From IMG/VR virus record IMGVR_UViG_3300037280_000106, positions 1 through 61,797 of that record: a stretch of DNA of 61,797 bases; one strand, given 5' to 3'. The notes below the pieces were generated by a model that saw only the letters and a program-made list of their open reading frames with translations, did no database searches and was not told where the DNA came from. The position numbers and the translations under genes were made by a program. Position 1 is the stretch's first letter. The number at the start of each line of letters is the position of its first letter. The stretch is from a virus (taxonomy: Duplodnaviria > Caudoviricetes). Positions 41,103-50,830 of this stretch are shown piece by piece.

Positions 41103-43358
41103 ATGATAATTGACACAATTTTAAATGACGCCGAGATAGTCGAAACTAATAACAGTTCCGCAAGAGAAATGCGTATTAGTGATAATGCTGCTCAAATTTT
41201 CTTTAAAATGTTTACAAAGAACACCTATTCCAATCCGATTGGTAGTATTGTTCGTGAAATCACTAGTAATTGTTTTGATAGTCATATTGAAGCAAATGTC
41301 GTGAAACCTATTTTACTTCGAAGAGGAACCGATTCTCATACAAGAATGGAATATATTTCATTTATTGATTTTGGCGTAGGCATGTCGCCAGATAGAATTA
41401 AAAATGTTTATGAGGTATTATTTACGAGCACAAAGCAAAATGATAACACGCAGATAGGCGGATTTGGGCTGGGGTCGAAAAGTTGTCTGGCTTACTACAG
41501 ACAAGTAGGTGACAGAGTTACCGAACAGGATAACAGTTTCTTCGTTATCACGATTTACGATTCAAAAAAATATACATATTGCATCTATGAAGGCCCTAAA
41601 ACCCCTCTTATCAATCTGATGCATGTTGAAGAATGTCTTGAAGGTAATGGTACGGAAGTTCGTATCCCTGTCTTAGGTAAAGATATGTATAAATTCGAAA
41701 CTGAGATTGTTAAACAATTATATTATTTCGATAGCATAATCTTCGAAGGCTTTGAAAATTACAAAATCACCAACGAGTTCAATGTACTACGAGGCAAAAA
41801 CTTTGTATATAGAGGATCACATTATTCAGATACCATGCACATATGTTTAGGAAAAGTAGCATATCCTATTAATTATGATGTTCTTGAACTCGATTCATCT
41901 AATTACAGTCTACCGATTGCTATTAAGCTTGAAATTGGCGATGTCAATGTCATAACCTCACGTGAAGCCATTGACTATTCGGAAGCCACTATTAAATTGT
42001 TGGTGAAAAAGATGAATGAAGCTAAGGCTGAAATCGAGACTTTAATTTCTGCACAATATGATAATGTCGTAACGCTTAAAGATTATTTTAACTACAAAGC
42101 GAACTTTGGCAAGCTGTATTTGCCAAATAACATGGAAATGGACTTTGGTAACCTGTATAAAATAGCTAATATTAAGTTAAACAATTTCGTACATGGTGAT
42201 ATACCAATGATTTCAGATAGATTGATGTTCAATAATCTATACAGAACAACATTGTATGGTAAAAAAGTAGGCGATCGTAATAAAGGTATATATTTTGATG
42301 GTGCTTATTCTCAATTAGGTCAGGACAATTTGTATTTAACTGGCAATGCTTACAGACGAAAAGTGCTTAAACATCAGTATATTCGGAGCAAACATGAAAC
42401 GAATTATCTAATCAGTGCAAATCCGTATTCCAAAACTGTAAATTCATTTGCTGAAATATTTAATGTTGAACGTTCAGAACTTTCAAGAACCGACGATCAG
42501 GGCGATGTTCAAATGTCTGAAATGTACATTAAAATGCTTGCTATGGTTGAAGCATATCAGGAAATTGTTGAGGAACAAATTCCTAAATATGAGGACATTG
42601 TTGTACCTGAAACATTCAAAACTACCAGATTATATTCGGTAGACAAAGAAAACATTACAATATCAATGGTTTACAGGTATGATGTTGTTAACAGAGTTAC
42701 AATGAAATTCACTGAACTCGCTAAGTTCAAAGGTACGATTATCTATACGGACTTTGAGAAGATCAATATATTGAAACGTGCAAGCGACGTATTTGAAGAC
42801 TTATTTTCGCCTAGAACTGAGGTTACAAGGAGTTACGATAAACGCAGCGGTTTTTACGACAGCAAGAACAAAGCGAAAGTAATGTTTATCATGGTGTCGA
42901 AAGCCAACATGAAAAGACTTAAACAATTAAGGGACATTTGTGATGTGGATGATATATACAGCAGACTGTTTTATCGTAAAGCAGATTTAGTTCAGAATAG
43001 TTATCATATTGGTAGAATCTTTGTACAATATTCCTCGCTTGATCCATTTTACAGGTCGGAAGACTTTAAAAGTATCTTTCCCGAAATCGGTGCTAAACTG
43101 ACTGAGTTGACGAATTTTTTGCATCTGAACCAAACGAAGCAACTCTTTAAGACTACTTCGGAATTAACACTTGAAAGATTCTTTAAAATAGACAAGGATA
43201 AACAACCTGCTAAGATTATGAAATATTTTAAAACGATCACGAAGATTGACGAGATATGTAAAAAGTATAGTCATATCTTCCAATTCATTAATATTCCAAA
43301 TAATTACGGAAGCAACCCAGAGTTCTCCAAATTCATAAAATCGATTATAAAAATATAG
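41103..43358 (+). CDS. rIIA: rIIA-like protein (GHKL/HATPase N-terminus)
   Basis: YSNPIGSIVREITSNCFDSH, DFGVGMS, STK, IGGFGLGSKS, NGTEV, SREAIDY; followed by an rIIB-like gene. Confidence 0.85.
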   Translation: MIIDTILNDAEIVETNNSSAREMRISDNAAQIFFKMFTKNTYSNPIGSIVREITSNCFDSHIEANVVKPILLRRGTDSHTRMEYISFIDFGVGMSPDRIKNVYEVLFTSTKQNDNTQIGGFGLGSKSCLAYYRQVGDRVTEQDNSFFVITIYDSKKYTYCIYEGPKTPLINLMHVEECLEGNGTEVRIPVLGKDMYKFETEIVKQLYYFDSIIFEGFENYKITNEFNVLRGKNFVYRGSHYSDTMHICLGKVAYPINYDVLELDSSNYSLPIAIKLEIGDVNVITSREAIDYSEATIKLLVKKMNEAKAEIETLISAQYDNVVTLKDYFNYKANFGKLYLPNNMEMDFGNLYKIANIKLNNFVHGDIPMISDRLMFNNLYRTTLYGKKVGDRNKGIYFDGAYSQLGQDNLYLTGNAYRRKVLKHQYIRSKHETNYLISANPYSKTVNSFAEIFNVERSELSRTDDQGDVQMSEMYIKMLAMVEAYQEIVEEQIPKYEDIVVPETFKTTRLYSVDKENITISMVYRYDVVNRVTMKFTELAKFKGTIIYTDFEKINILKRASDVFEDLFSPRTEVTRSYDKRSGFYDSKNKAKVMFIMVSKANMKRLKQLRDICDVDDIYSRLFYRKADLVQNSYHIGRIFVQYSSLDPFYRSEDFKSIFPEIGAKLTELTNFLHLNQTKQLFKTTSELTLERFFKIDKDKQPAKIMKYFKTITKIDEICKKYSHIFQFINIPNNYGSNPEFSKFIKSIIKI

Positions 43359-43427
43359 GAAATAATCGACGGTTTTTGTAACAAAAATAAAGTATTAACG
43401 TATAAGTAATAAATCAATACGATTCAA

Positions 43428-44765
43428 ATGAATATATTAAACGCAATTAAAATCGGAAACATTATCAATCTGTCTGTTAATGGTATCTTGGAGAAAAAGA
43501 TTTGTGCTTCGAGTGAAGAAGCTAAGAGCATTTTTGCCATGATCTTAAAGACAAAGGCTGATCCGACAGACCTGAATGTAAAGAACCTTTATTTGTTTCT
43601 TAATAACAAGGTTCGAGAAGTCATTGTCGCTGGCTTCGAATGCGATCTTATCGACGGAAACATCTACCTTGAAGGCTTTAATACGCCAGTTCCAAATGCA
43701 ATTCTTGACGTAGTTAAGGACTATCATGAGAATGAATTTCCTTACGATGTAATCGTAAGCTTCTGGAAATTGTTGATGATCAATCCTGACGAAAAGGTTC
43801 GCAAATCTTTGTTCGACTTCATCAGCAAATTCAATTTGGTCTTGACCAATCATGGCTATTTCTTAGCGTACAAAGCAGTAAAGCTTTATGTTGACCCTAA
43901 ACCAGTCGCCGAAGCTAAAAAGATTGCAGCAAAAGCCGAAGCTGATCGCTTAACAACTGATCAAGCACAATTGGATTTAAGCATTGCCGCAAATCAGTCA
44001 AATAGCTTAACTGAACTTGAAAAGCTTGTTGTAAGTGAATTCAACAAAGTGAAAAACGTTTGGAAATGTGCTCCAAAGAATTACACTGTTTATACTACCG
44101 ATGTTGACGGCAAGTTTCACGCTACCGAAACAAAGACAATTGATAAATGGGATTTGTCCGCCAAAAAAGTCACTAAAGTAGGTTGCCTTAAAAGACTGTT
44201 TGAAGACATTCCAGTACAGATCAATGTACCAGTCGCTGCTCCAGTTGTAGTTGAGGCTATCGAAGCACCTGTTGAAGTTGTTGAACCTACGATCATCTAT
44301 ACTGACAAACGTACTGGTACATTCCAGATCATTTTAGGTCAGCCTGTTCATATGGACAGAAAAAAATGCGATGGCGACCCGAATCAGGATTGTAGCTATG
44401 GTCTACATGTTGGAAGTACTCAATATGTTGAGATCTTTGCAGGTGCGACCGATACAGTTCTGTTATGCTTGGTGAACCCAGCGCATGTTGTAGCTGTGCC
44501 AACCTCAGATTCAAGTAAAATGAGGGTTTCAGAATACTTCCCAATCAGTGTTATCAGTCGTACAGGCACTAAAATCAATGCAATTGAGCCTTCATTTTTC
44601 GAAAGTGATTACATTGAATATGAAAAAGCCGAATTAAATGACATGGTTGCAAAAATTCTCAAAGAACAAAAGCCAATCGAGGATTCTCTGAAATCTAAGA
44701 CTGATAAAAGACCTTTAGCAGATATGCTGAAAATTATCCAAACACGTATAATTGATTTAAAATAA
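43428..44765 (+). CDS. rIIB: rIIB-like protein
   Basis: FWKLLMINP, LFDF, GYFLAYKAV, CSYGLHVG, VNPAHVVAVP, KMRVSEY. Confidence 0.85.
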   Translation: MNILNAIKIGNIINLSVNGILEKKICASSEEAKSIFAMILKTKADPTDLNVKNLYLFLNNKVREVIVAGFECDLIDGNIYLEGFNTPVPNAILDVVKDYHENEFPYDVIVSFWKLLMINPDEKVRKSLFDFISKFNLVLTNHGYFLAYKAVKLYVDPKPVAEAKKIAAKAEADRLTTDQAQLDLSIAANQSNSLTELEKLVVSEFNKVKNVWKCAPKNYTVYTTDVDGKFHATETKTIDKWDLSAKKVTKVGCLKRLFEDIPVQINVPVAAPVVVEAIEAPVEVVEPTIIYTDKRTGTFQIILGQPVHMDRKKCDGDPNQDCSYGLHVGSTQYVEIFAGATDTVLLCLVNPAHVVAVPTSDSSKMRVSEYFPISVISRTGTKINAIEPSFFESDYIEYEKAELNDMVAKILKEQKPIEDSLKSKTDKRPLADMLKIIQTRIIDLK

Positions 44766-44774
44766 GAAAATACA

Positions 44775-45363
44775 ATGTCCAAAAAAAGGAAATGCGCAGC
44801 CGATTATCGTATCGACTATAAGAGTGCTGTTGATACTCTAGCTTATGTTGAGAGTAAGATCAGGGAACGTCTTTACGACTTGGCTTCGGCTAATCCCGAA
44901 GTGCCTATCATGACAGCAGTTAACGGTGACACACTTAACAAAGCTAAATCGCTCGTTAATAAGTATTACATTGAAACGCTGAATATTGAAACTCAGTTTT
45001 ATTTCATTGAACTCATTGAAAAGTTTAACGCTGACTTGATTGGTAAGCAATTGGAAATCGATTTCTCAAAAATTTAAGTAAATGAAAAACGAAAAAGCGC
45101 AAATCAGTTCCTTTAGGACTTTACCTAAAGGAACTATATTTTACTCACTTGATGGTCACAGTACCGTTATATACGATAAGGACATTGTGGTAAAAATGTT
45201 GAACGATAATACCCACACCGCAAATGGTAGAGTGCAAAAACTTAACTTTGACATGTACACATATGTTCCGACATTGTCCGATGATATTGAAGAACCTGAT
45301 CTATGTTTTGACTACGATCAATCATTACCTTACACTTTGCCAACTTCAATCTTTGTGCGATGA
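44775..45363 (+). other. Two hypothetical ORFs (44775-45077 and 45082-45363)
   Basis: ORF track. Confidence 0.55.
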
Positions 45364-45800
45364 TTAAATATGTAAAAGGCGACGCCACGCAACCAATTGG
45401 CGAAGGCGGAAAATTGATTATTCATTGCTGTAACGATGAAATAAAATGGGGGGCTGGTTTCGTTCTTGCTCTTAGTAAACGATGGAAACAGCCAGAAGCA
45501 ATGTTCAGAGCTTTAAAAAATCCTGTTCTTGGCGATGTTCAATTCGTTCCAGTTGAGCCAAACATAATCGTTGTAAACATGATTGGTCAGCATGGCATCA
45601 AAGCATTGCCAAATGATAGCCCAATTAGGTATGACGCAATCAACACAGCATTGAAAAAAGTAAATGCTTATGCCATAAAATACAGATACACAGTACATTG
45701 CCCACGTTTTGGCGCAGGTTTAGCTGGTGGGAATTGGAATGTAATTGAAGCTTTGATAAATGCAAACATTACCGTTGATGTGACTGTTTATGACTTCTAA
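45360..45800 (+). CDS. Macrodomain (ADP-ribose-processing) protein
   Basis: YVKGDAT, IIHCCN, WGAGF, PRFGAGLAGGNW. Confidence 0.88.
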   Translation: MIKYVKGDATQPIGEGGKLIIHCCNDEIKWGAGFVLALSKRWKQPEAMFRALKNPVLGDVQFVPVEPNIIVVNMIGQHGIKALPNDSPIRYDAINTALKKVNAYAIKYRYTVHCPRFGAGLAGGNWNVIEALINANITVDVTVYDF

Positions 45801-46656
45801 AAAGGCTACAATGACCGTTCGGTATGGTATATACGGCGGAGACATAATGTACCTATCAATAAATATCTTCACTGGTAGGGACAGCAATAAGGCTTACGAT
45901 AAGCATGTGGTCGAATCATTTAATTCGGGTAACTTTGTTGTGGACTGGTATAATGCTATCAATTATGCTGCTAGACATATAAATGAATATGATATAACAT
46001 ATTCTGATGGTATTAAAGACTTCTTAAATTTATCCGAATTATATGAAGAAGTCTTTTTGAAAAATTATAATGGCACTTGGCAGCTAACTAATTTAAAACC
46101 AGTTGATTCTGAAAAGTATTTTGGGTTGTACATTGAAAAGGGCAATTCTTCTCAGTCATGGGAAGAATATAGAAACTATTGCAAAAATTATCAAGACTAA
46201 AGTTAATTAAATATTTATATACAAAAATTGTATTTTGTTATGAGCATACCTGACACATTTTTACAAATCGATCTCAATCTTCCTGACAACACCGAAAAAT
46301 TGTCGGAAGCAGAGGTAAAAATCGAAAAATTCAAAGAAAGATTAGCTAAATTGCAAAGCACTGGCGAAATTAGCAATCAAACTCATGAGCCGCTTTATGA
46401 TGAAACAGTGTTAATGCTTGATTATCTGGGAAGATTATCAAAGCCTGTCTTCGGAGTTGAGGATATTATCGAATCCGTGTACTTCAAAGAATACATTGCC
46501 GAGCCAAATAAAGTAAAAAGACTTTGGTACGAGCATTATGAGTACGTACATCATCCGTACACTATTCTAAAAAAACGGTGTTATACGATTCTCGAAGACC
46601 TTGACGACGAGTTTTTCAGAGTAAACCATTGCTTTCCGAGCAACTATTACTTATAA
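45790..46656 (+). other. Two hypothetical ORFs (45790-46200 and 46228/46240-46656)
   Basis: ORF track; ATATTTAT at 46211. Confidence 0.55.
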
Positions 46657-46659
46657 GCC

Positions 46660-46983
46660 ATGAAAAAGCTAATAAGGGATAAGATAGTCAGGTACTATAA
46701 GGAAAGCGAATTTGAGCATATAACAAGTCAGGAAGAATTGAATAAATTCTATGCTTTAAAAGTTTATGAGGAACTTGACGAAATCCAGCGATCAGATCAT
46801 AAAGACGTTACCGAATTCGCTGATCTTATTCAAGTAGCTATATCGTTTGCAAATGCAAATGGATTCACGTTACCCATAGTAATGACTGCGGTGCAAAAAA
46901 AGGCTGATGAAAAAGGTGAGTTTAGCGATATAGCATTGCTAAATCTAAACCCAAACAATCCCAGCAACAAGGTTTATAGATAA
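46660..46983 (+). CDS. MazG-like / PRA-PH NTP pyrophosphohydrolase
   Basis: KLIRDKI, KVYEELDE, EFADLIQV, KKADEKGEF. Confidence 0.75.
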   Translation: MKKLIRDKIVRYYKESEFEHITSQEELNKFYALKVYEELDEIQRSDHKDVTEFADLIQVAISFANANGFTLPIVMTAVQKKADEKGEFSDIALLNLNPNNPSNKVYR

Positions 46984-46989
46984 ATTACG

Positions 46990-47030
46990 ATGCCTGAAAG
47001 TGCAATATATAACACTTTCAGGCATTTTTT
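46990..47030 (+). terminator. Intrinsic terminator
   Basis: ATGCCTGAAAGTG...CACTTTCAGGCAT followed by a T-run. Confidence 0.75.
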
Positions 47031-47123
47031 GCTCATTATTGCCAGAATTGTTGTATAATGTGCAATATATTGCACAAAAACGCTATATTTTGTCGTAAAT
47101 AGCCAACATATTAGCAAATATTA

Positions 47124-47197
47124 TCGCATGAAAAATCATACTATAAGTCTAAATAGGCTAGTTTTGTATGATTTTTCATGCGAAAACTAGCCTATTT
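47124..47197. repeat. Interleaved inverted repeats A-B-A'-B' (18 bp and 15 bp)
   Basis: TCGCATGAAAAATCATAC/GTATGATTTTTCATGCGA; AAATAGGCTAGTTTT/AAAACTAGCCTATTT. Confidence 0.85.
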
Positions 47198-47280
47198 CGC
47201 ATCTTTCAGAAAAAAAAGTAAGTATATTTGTAACAAAAACAATTTTTGTTCGTATAAGTATAATAATAAAGACGTAAAAT

Positions 47281-47730
47281 ATGGTAAAAAAAACAATGAT
47301 GCTGATCGCAATTATAATGGCAATTTCGCTACTTAGCGGATTTGTAGTGGCAAATAAGTCATCCACAGGCGAAGGAAATGAACTTACATTGATGAATGTC
47401 TACAATGAACTATGCAGACTTGACGTAAAGGATAAAAACATCGTCATGGCGCAAGTAAGACTGGAAACAGGACATTTAAAAAAAATATCACATAAAAATA
47501 ACTTATTTGGTTTTAAAGGACTCAATGGAAAATACAGAACTTATCCAACATGGCAGACCAGCGTTGAAGCGTTTAAAGTATGGCAAGATAAGTATTTCGT
47601 GAGTGGAAGCTACATAGATTTTATAATAAAAAAGAAATATGCTGATAACATGCATGCATATATTATAAATCTAAAAAAAATAATGAAAAAGTATAACAAA
47701 GTCAACGAAAGCTATGAGCTTATAAATTGA
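47281..47730 (+). CDS. Glucosaminidase (GH73-like) peptidoglycan hydrolase with signal peptide
   Basis: IVMAQVRLETG, NNLFG, Y..W..SV, YA...Y. Confidence 0.7.
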   Translation: MVKKTMMLIAIIMAISLLSGFVVANKSSTGEGNELTLMNVYNELCRLDVKDKNIVMAQVRLETGHLKKISHKNNLFGFKGLNGKYRTYPTWQTSVEAFKVWQDKYFVSGSYIDFIIKKKYADNMHAYIINLKKIMKKYNKVNESYELIN

Positions 47731-47764
47731 TGTTATAGCATTTTAAACTCGAAAAACATAGAAA

Positions 47765-48715
47765 ATGAAAGATACGCACTCCAAAATTATTCAGATATTA
47801 TCTGAATTCTTAGAAAAAAACCCTGAACAAAGGTTCGGACAAGCACTTTTTAATTTAAACATTAATCAGCATAAATACGATATATCGTCAATTATTAATC
47901 CGTCAGAGGTAAGCTATCAAATGCGAGACATTTACAATGACAGTGATAAATGCATGGCGGATAGAGTTAATGAATCTGGAAGTATTTTTAACTTAGAATC
48001 AGCACAAGATGTCACAATCCATTGAATTTACAATAGAGTATGTAGTCCTAAACTCGCAGGGCAGAGTTATAAAGGATGGTGAAATTATAGTGAAGCACAA
48101 AGCAACCAAATTCGAGGCTCAATGCTCATTAGAGATATATTTACAAAAGAAGTACCCTGAGTTCAAGTCCATGATCGTTAATAAATGCACTGAATCTAGT
48201 CCATTTATGGGCTTATTTAACGATATATTTGGCAAAAATAAGAATAATCCCTTTGGAGGATCAAATCCATTTAAATTTTAGTACTCATGATTTTAAAACT
48301 TGACACCGTAGCTAAGACCATTCAAATTGATGGCACTGTAAACGCTTATGAATTACTCAAAGCATTGAAGGTAATGCTTCCAGAAGGCTTGTGGAAGGAA
48401 TTTAACATATTTCAAAAGCCAACTGAATACATTTATAATCCTGTCTATCCGTCGTATCCCGTTTATCCGTATACGTCGCCATATATTTGGAATCCAAATA
48501 GTCCTGTGGTAACATTACCTTGGCTATATACTGGCGGAACTTGTAATGATACTGTTACTTGTAATGGTACAGTGACTAGTTCCAGTTCGAATTATACAAT
48601 TGGTATGGATGCTGCTGTTACTGGAAATAATGCCACCATTAATATTCTTAAAAAAAGCATTTTGAATGAAGGCGTATACGAAATTGTTTTAATGCCTGAA
48701 AACGAAACTAAATAA
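47765..48715 (+). other. Three hypothetical ORFs (47765, 48009, 48287)
   Basis: ORF track. Confidence 0.55.
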
Positions 48716-48754
48716 TTTTACGAGTATTTATCATTGTGGGGATAAAGCCTTACA

Positions 48755-49636
48755 ATGATAAATATGAAAAGTACCACACATGATGAATTTGCAAAAATGC
48801 TGCATGATCATAATTCTGAACTTACAATTATGTCTAAATTTACAGGATTACGCAATAAAATTATAGTAAAAGACATTGACAATATTACATATAATGTCGT
48901 AGCTAATAGTTTACTGATTAATATTCAACCGAGAATAGTTTCAGCTATTAATAGAATAGAGGCTTTTAATATAAAAATGCATAAAATATTTCCAAATCTA
49001 CGCATAATCGACGAATATATAGCAGGTAATGTGAAAATGCGGATTATTGATGATTTAGGCATTGAATATTTCGTTAAGCCTGAAAGTGTTTTATTGGGAC
49101 GTTATCCATCTATTGAAACAGCGATAGATAAAAATAAAGCATTTGCGTTAAAAGCAAGGGTAATTCATGGCGACAGATATGACTATAGCCAAAGCATTTA
49201 TTTTAGAGATAAGGTAAAACTTAAGATAATTTGCAAAGATCATGGCGCATTCGAACAGCAGCCAAATGCTCACATAAAATGCAAAGCTGGGTGTCCAGTT
49301 TGTAACATTGCAAGAGGGTGGAGTAAAACTCAATGGCTTAATTATGGTAAGGACAAAGATTGTTTAGTTTATATTATTAAATGCTTTAATAATGATGAAG
49401 AATTTATTAAAATCGGAATGACAACTCAAACAACAAAAAAGCGATTTAATGATATTAGAAGTATGCCATATAATTACGAAGTCATTAAAGAGCATTTGTG
49501 TTCAGCAGAAGAAGCTTGGAGTTTAGAGAAGGAATATCATCAAAAATTCAAAGAATATAAATATTTGCCAAAAATAACATTTCATGGAATACAAGAATGC
49601 TTTAATATTAACACACTTAAAAATTTTAATTTATGA
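48755..49636 (+). CDS. GIY-YIG/T5orf172-like homing endonuclease with Zn-binding segment
   Basis: HGDRYDYS, ICKDHG, GCPVC, VYII...FIKIGMT...RF...E..H...ECF. Confidence 0.75.
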   Translation: MINMKSTTHDEFAKMLHDHNSELTIMSKFTGLRNKIIVKDIDNITYNVVANSLLINIQPRIVSAINRIEAFNIKMHKIFPNLRIIDEYIAGNVKMRIIDDLGIEYFVKPESVLLGRYPSIETAIDKNKAFALKARVIHGDRYDYSQSIYFRDKVKLKIICKDHGAFEQQPNAHIKCKAGCPVCNIARGWSKTQWLNYGKDKDCLVYIIKCFNNDEEFIKIGMTTQTTKKRFNDIRSMPYNYEVIKEHLCSAEEAWSLEKEYHQKFKEYKYLPKITFHGIQECFNINTLKNFNL

Positions 49637-50484
49637 TTATAGTTTACCACCGAAAGGATAATGATGGCTTCTGCAGTGCCGCCATTATTAGAAAAAAATA
49701 TCCCGATGCCGAATTTATTGGCTGGAATTATGGCGACGAGTGTAAACAATTTCTTGACTTCATTGACGAAGAAATAATTGTCGTAGACATTTCATTTCCG
49801 ATGAATATAATGTATAATATTGCTAGCCGCAATAAGCTTACATGGATTGATCATCACGCATCGAAAATTGCGGACTATATTGCTTTCGAGCATTCTTTTG
49901 ATAATAATATTAATGTTGTTCTTGAAGTTGGTAGAGCCGCTTGCGAATTGACATGGGAATATATCTTCCCAGATAAAATGATGCCAGCATCTGTTGAATA
50001 TCTTGGAATGTATGATACATGGCGTGGATACGGCTCAGACGAATGGAATCATAATACATTGCCATTTGAATATGGTATGAGATCGATTTGCTCAAGTCTT
50101 GAAACATTTCCGAAATTTATTCTCAATTATGATGAAGACGGTGCTATTGATAGCATAATTAATAATGGCAGAATCGTAATTGGCTACCAAAATGTTGTCG
50201 ATTCAAAACTATGTTCAGCAAATTCATTTATACGCAGTTTTAAAGGTTATAGAGCACTTTGTTTAAATGTTCCTTACATTGACTCGAATACAATGCAAAG
50301 TGTTTTTAACGCCTCTGAACACGATTTAATGCTATCATTTGTTTATACTGGTAAACATTGGAGTTGTAGTCTGCGTAGCGTCGGAGATTTAGATGTTAGT
50401 GCTATTGCTAAATCAATGGGCGGCGGTGGACATAAAAATGCCGCTGGATTCGAAGTTAAAAGCTTTGAGGACATCTTTGACTAA
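49633..50484 (+). CDS. DHH/DHHA1 phosphoesterase
   Basis: YH..DNDG, VDIS, WIDHH, SLRS, GGGGHKNAAGF. Confidence 0.9.
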   Translation: MIIVYHRKDNDGFCSAAIIRKKYPDAEFIGWNYGDECKQFLDFIDEEIIVVDISFPMNIMYNIASRNKLTWIDHHASKIADYIAFEHSFDNNINVVLEVGRAACELTWEYIFPDKMMPASVEYLGMYDTWRGYGSDEWNHNTLPFEYGMRSICSSLETFPKFILNYDEDGAIDSIINNGRIVIGYQNVVDSKLCSANSFIRSFKGYRALCLNVPYIDSNTMQSVFNASEHDLMLSFVYTGKHWSCSLRSVGDLDVSAIAKSMGGGGHKNAAGFEVKSFEDIFD

Positions 50485-50505
50485 CTAAATACTAGAAATA
50501 TTTTT

Positions 50506-50543
50506 TAAAATCGCCAATCGGATTAATTTCGGTTGGCGATTTT
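50506..50543 (+). terminator. Intrinsic terminator
   Basis: AAAATCGCCAATCGGA...TTCGGTTGGCGATTTT. Confidence 0.65.
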
Positions 50544-50578
50544 GCTTTATATTCGTATTTATGTATAAATATTTTACT

Positions 50579-50818
50579 ATGTCAAATCTATCCGAATCAA
50601 CATTCATTAGTTATGAGCCAGTCAAACTGATTGACGAAGTATCAACACAGCTTTATTATATTGGAACATCAAATTTTGGAAATGCATCAAATTCAGCTGT
50701 ATGGAAAATAAAAAAAATTGAGAAAATTGGCAACGTGTGGAGTCTTGCTGCATATCCTGACGGAAATCAAGATTATAAATTCGTTTGGGATGAAAGAGGA
50801 AATTATAACTATATTTAA
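50579..50818 (+). CDS. Small tail-associated protein (start probably MSNLSE)
   Basis: GTATTTAT at 50555; directly upstream of the tailspike gene. Confidence 0.5.
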   Translation: MSNLSESTFISYEPVKLIDEVSTQLYYIGTSNFGNASNSAVWKIKKIEKIGNVWSLAAYPDGNQDYKFVWDERGNYNYI

Positions 50819-50830
50819 TACCAATTAAAA

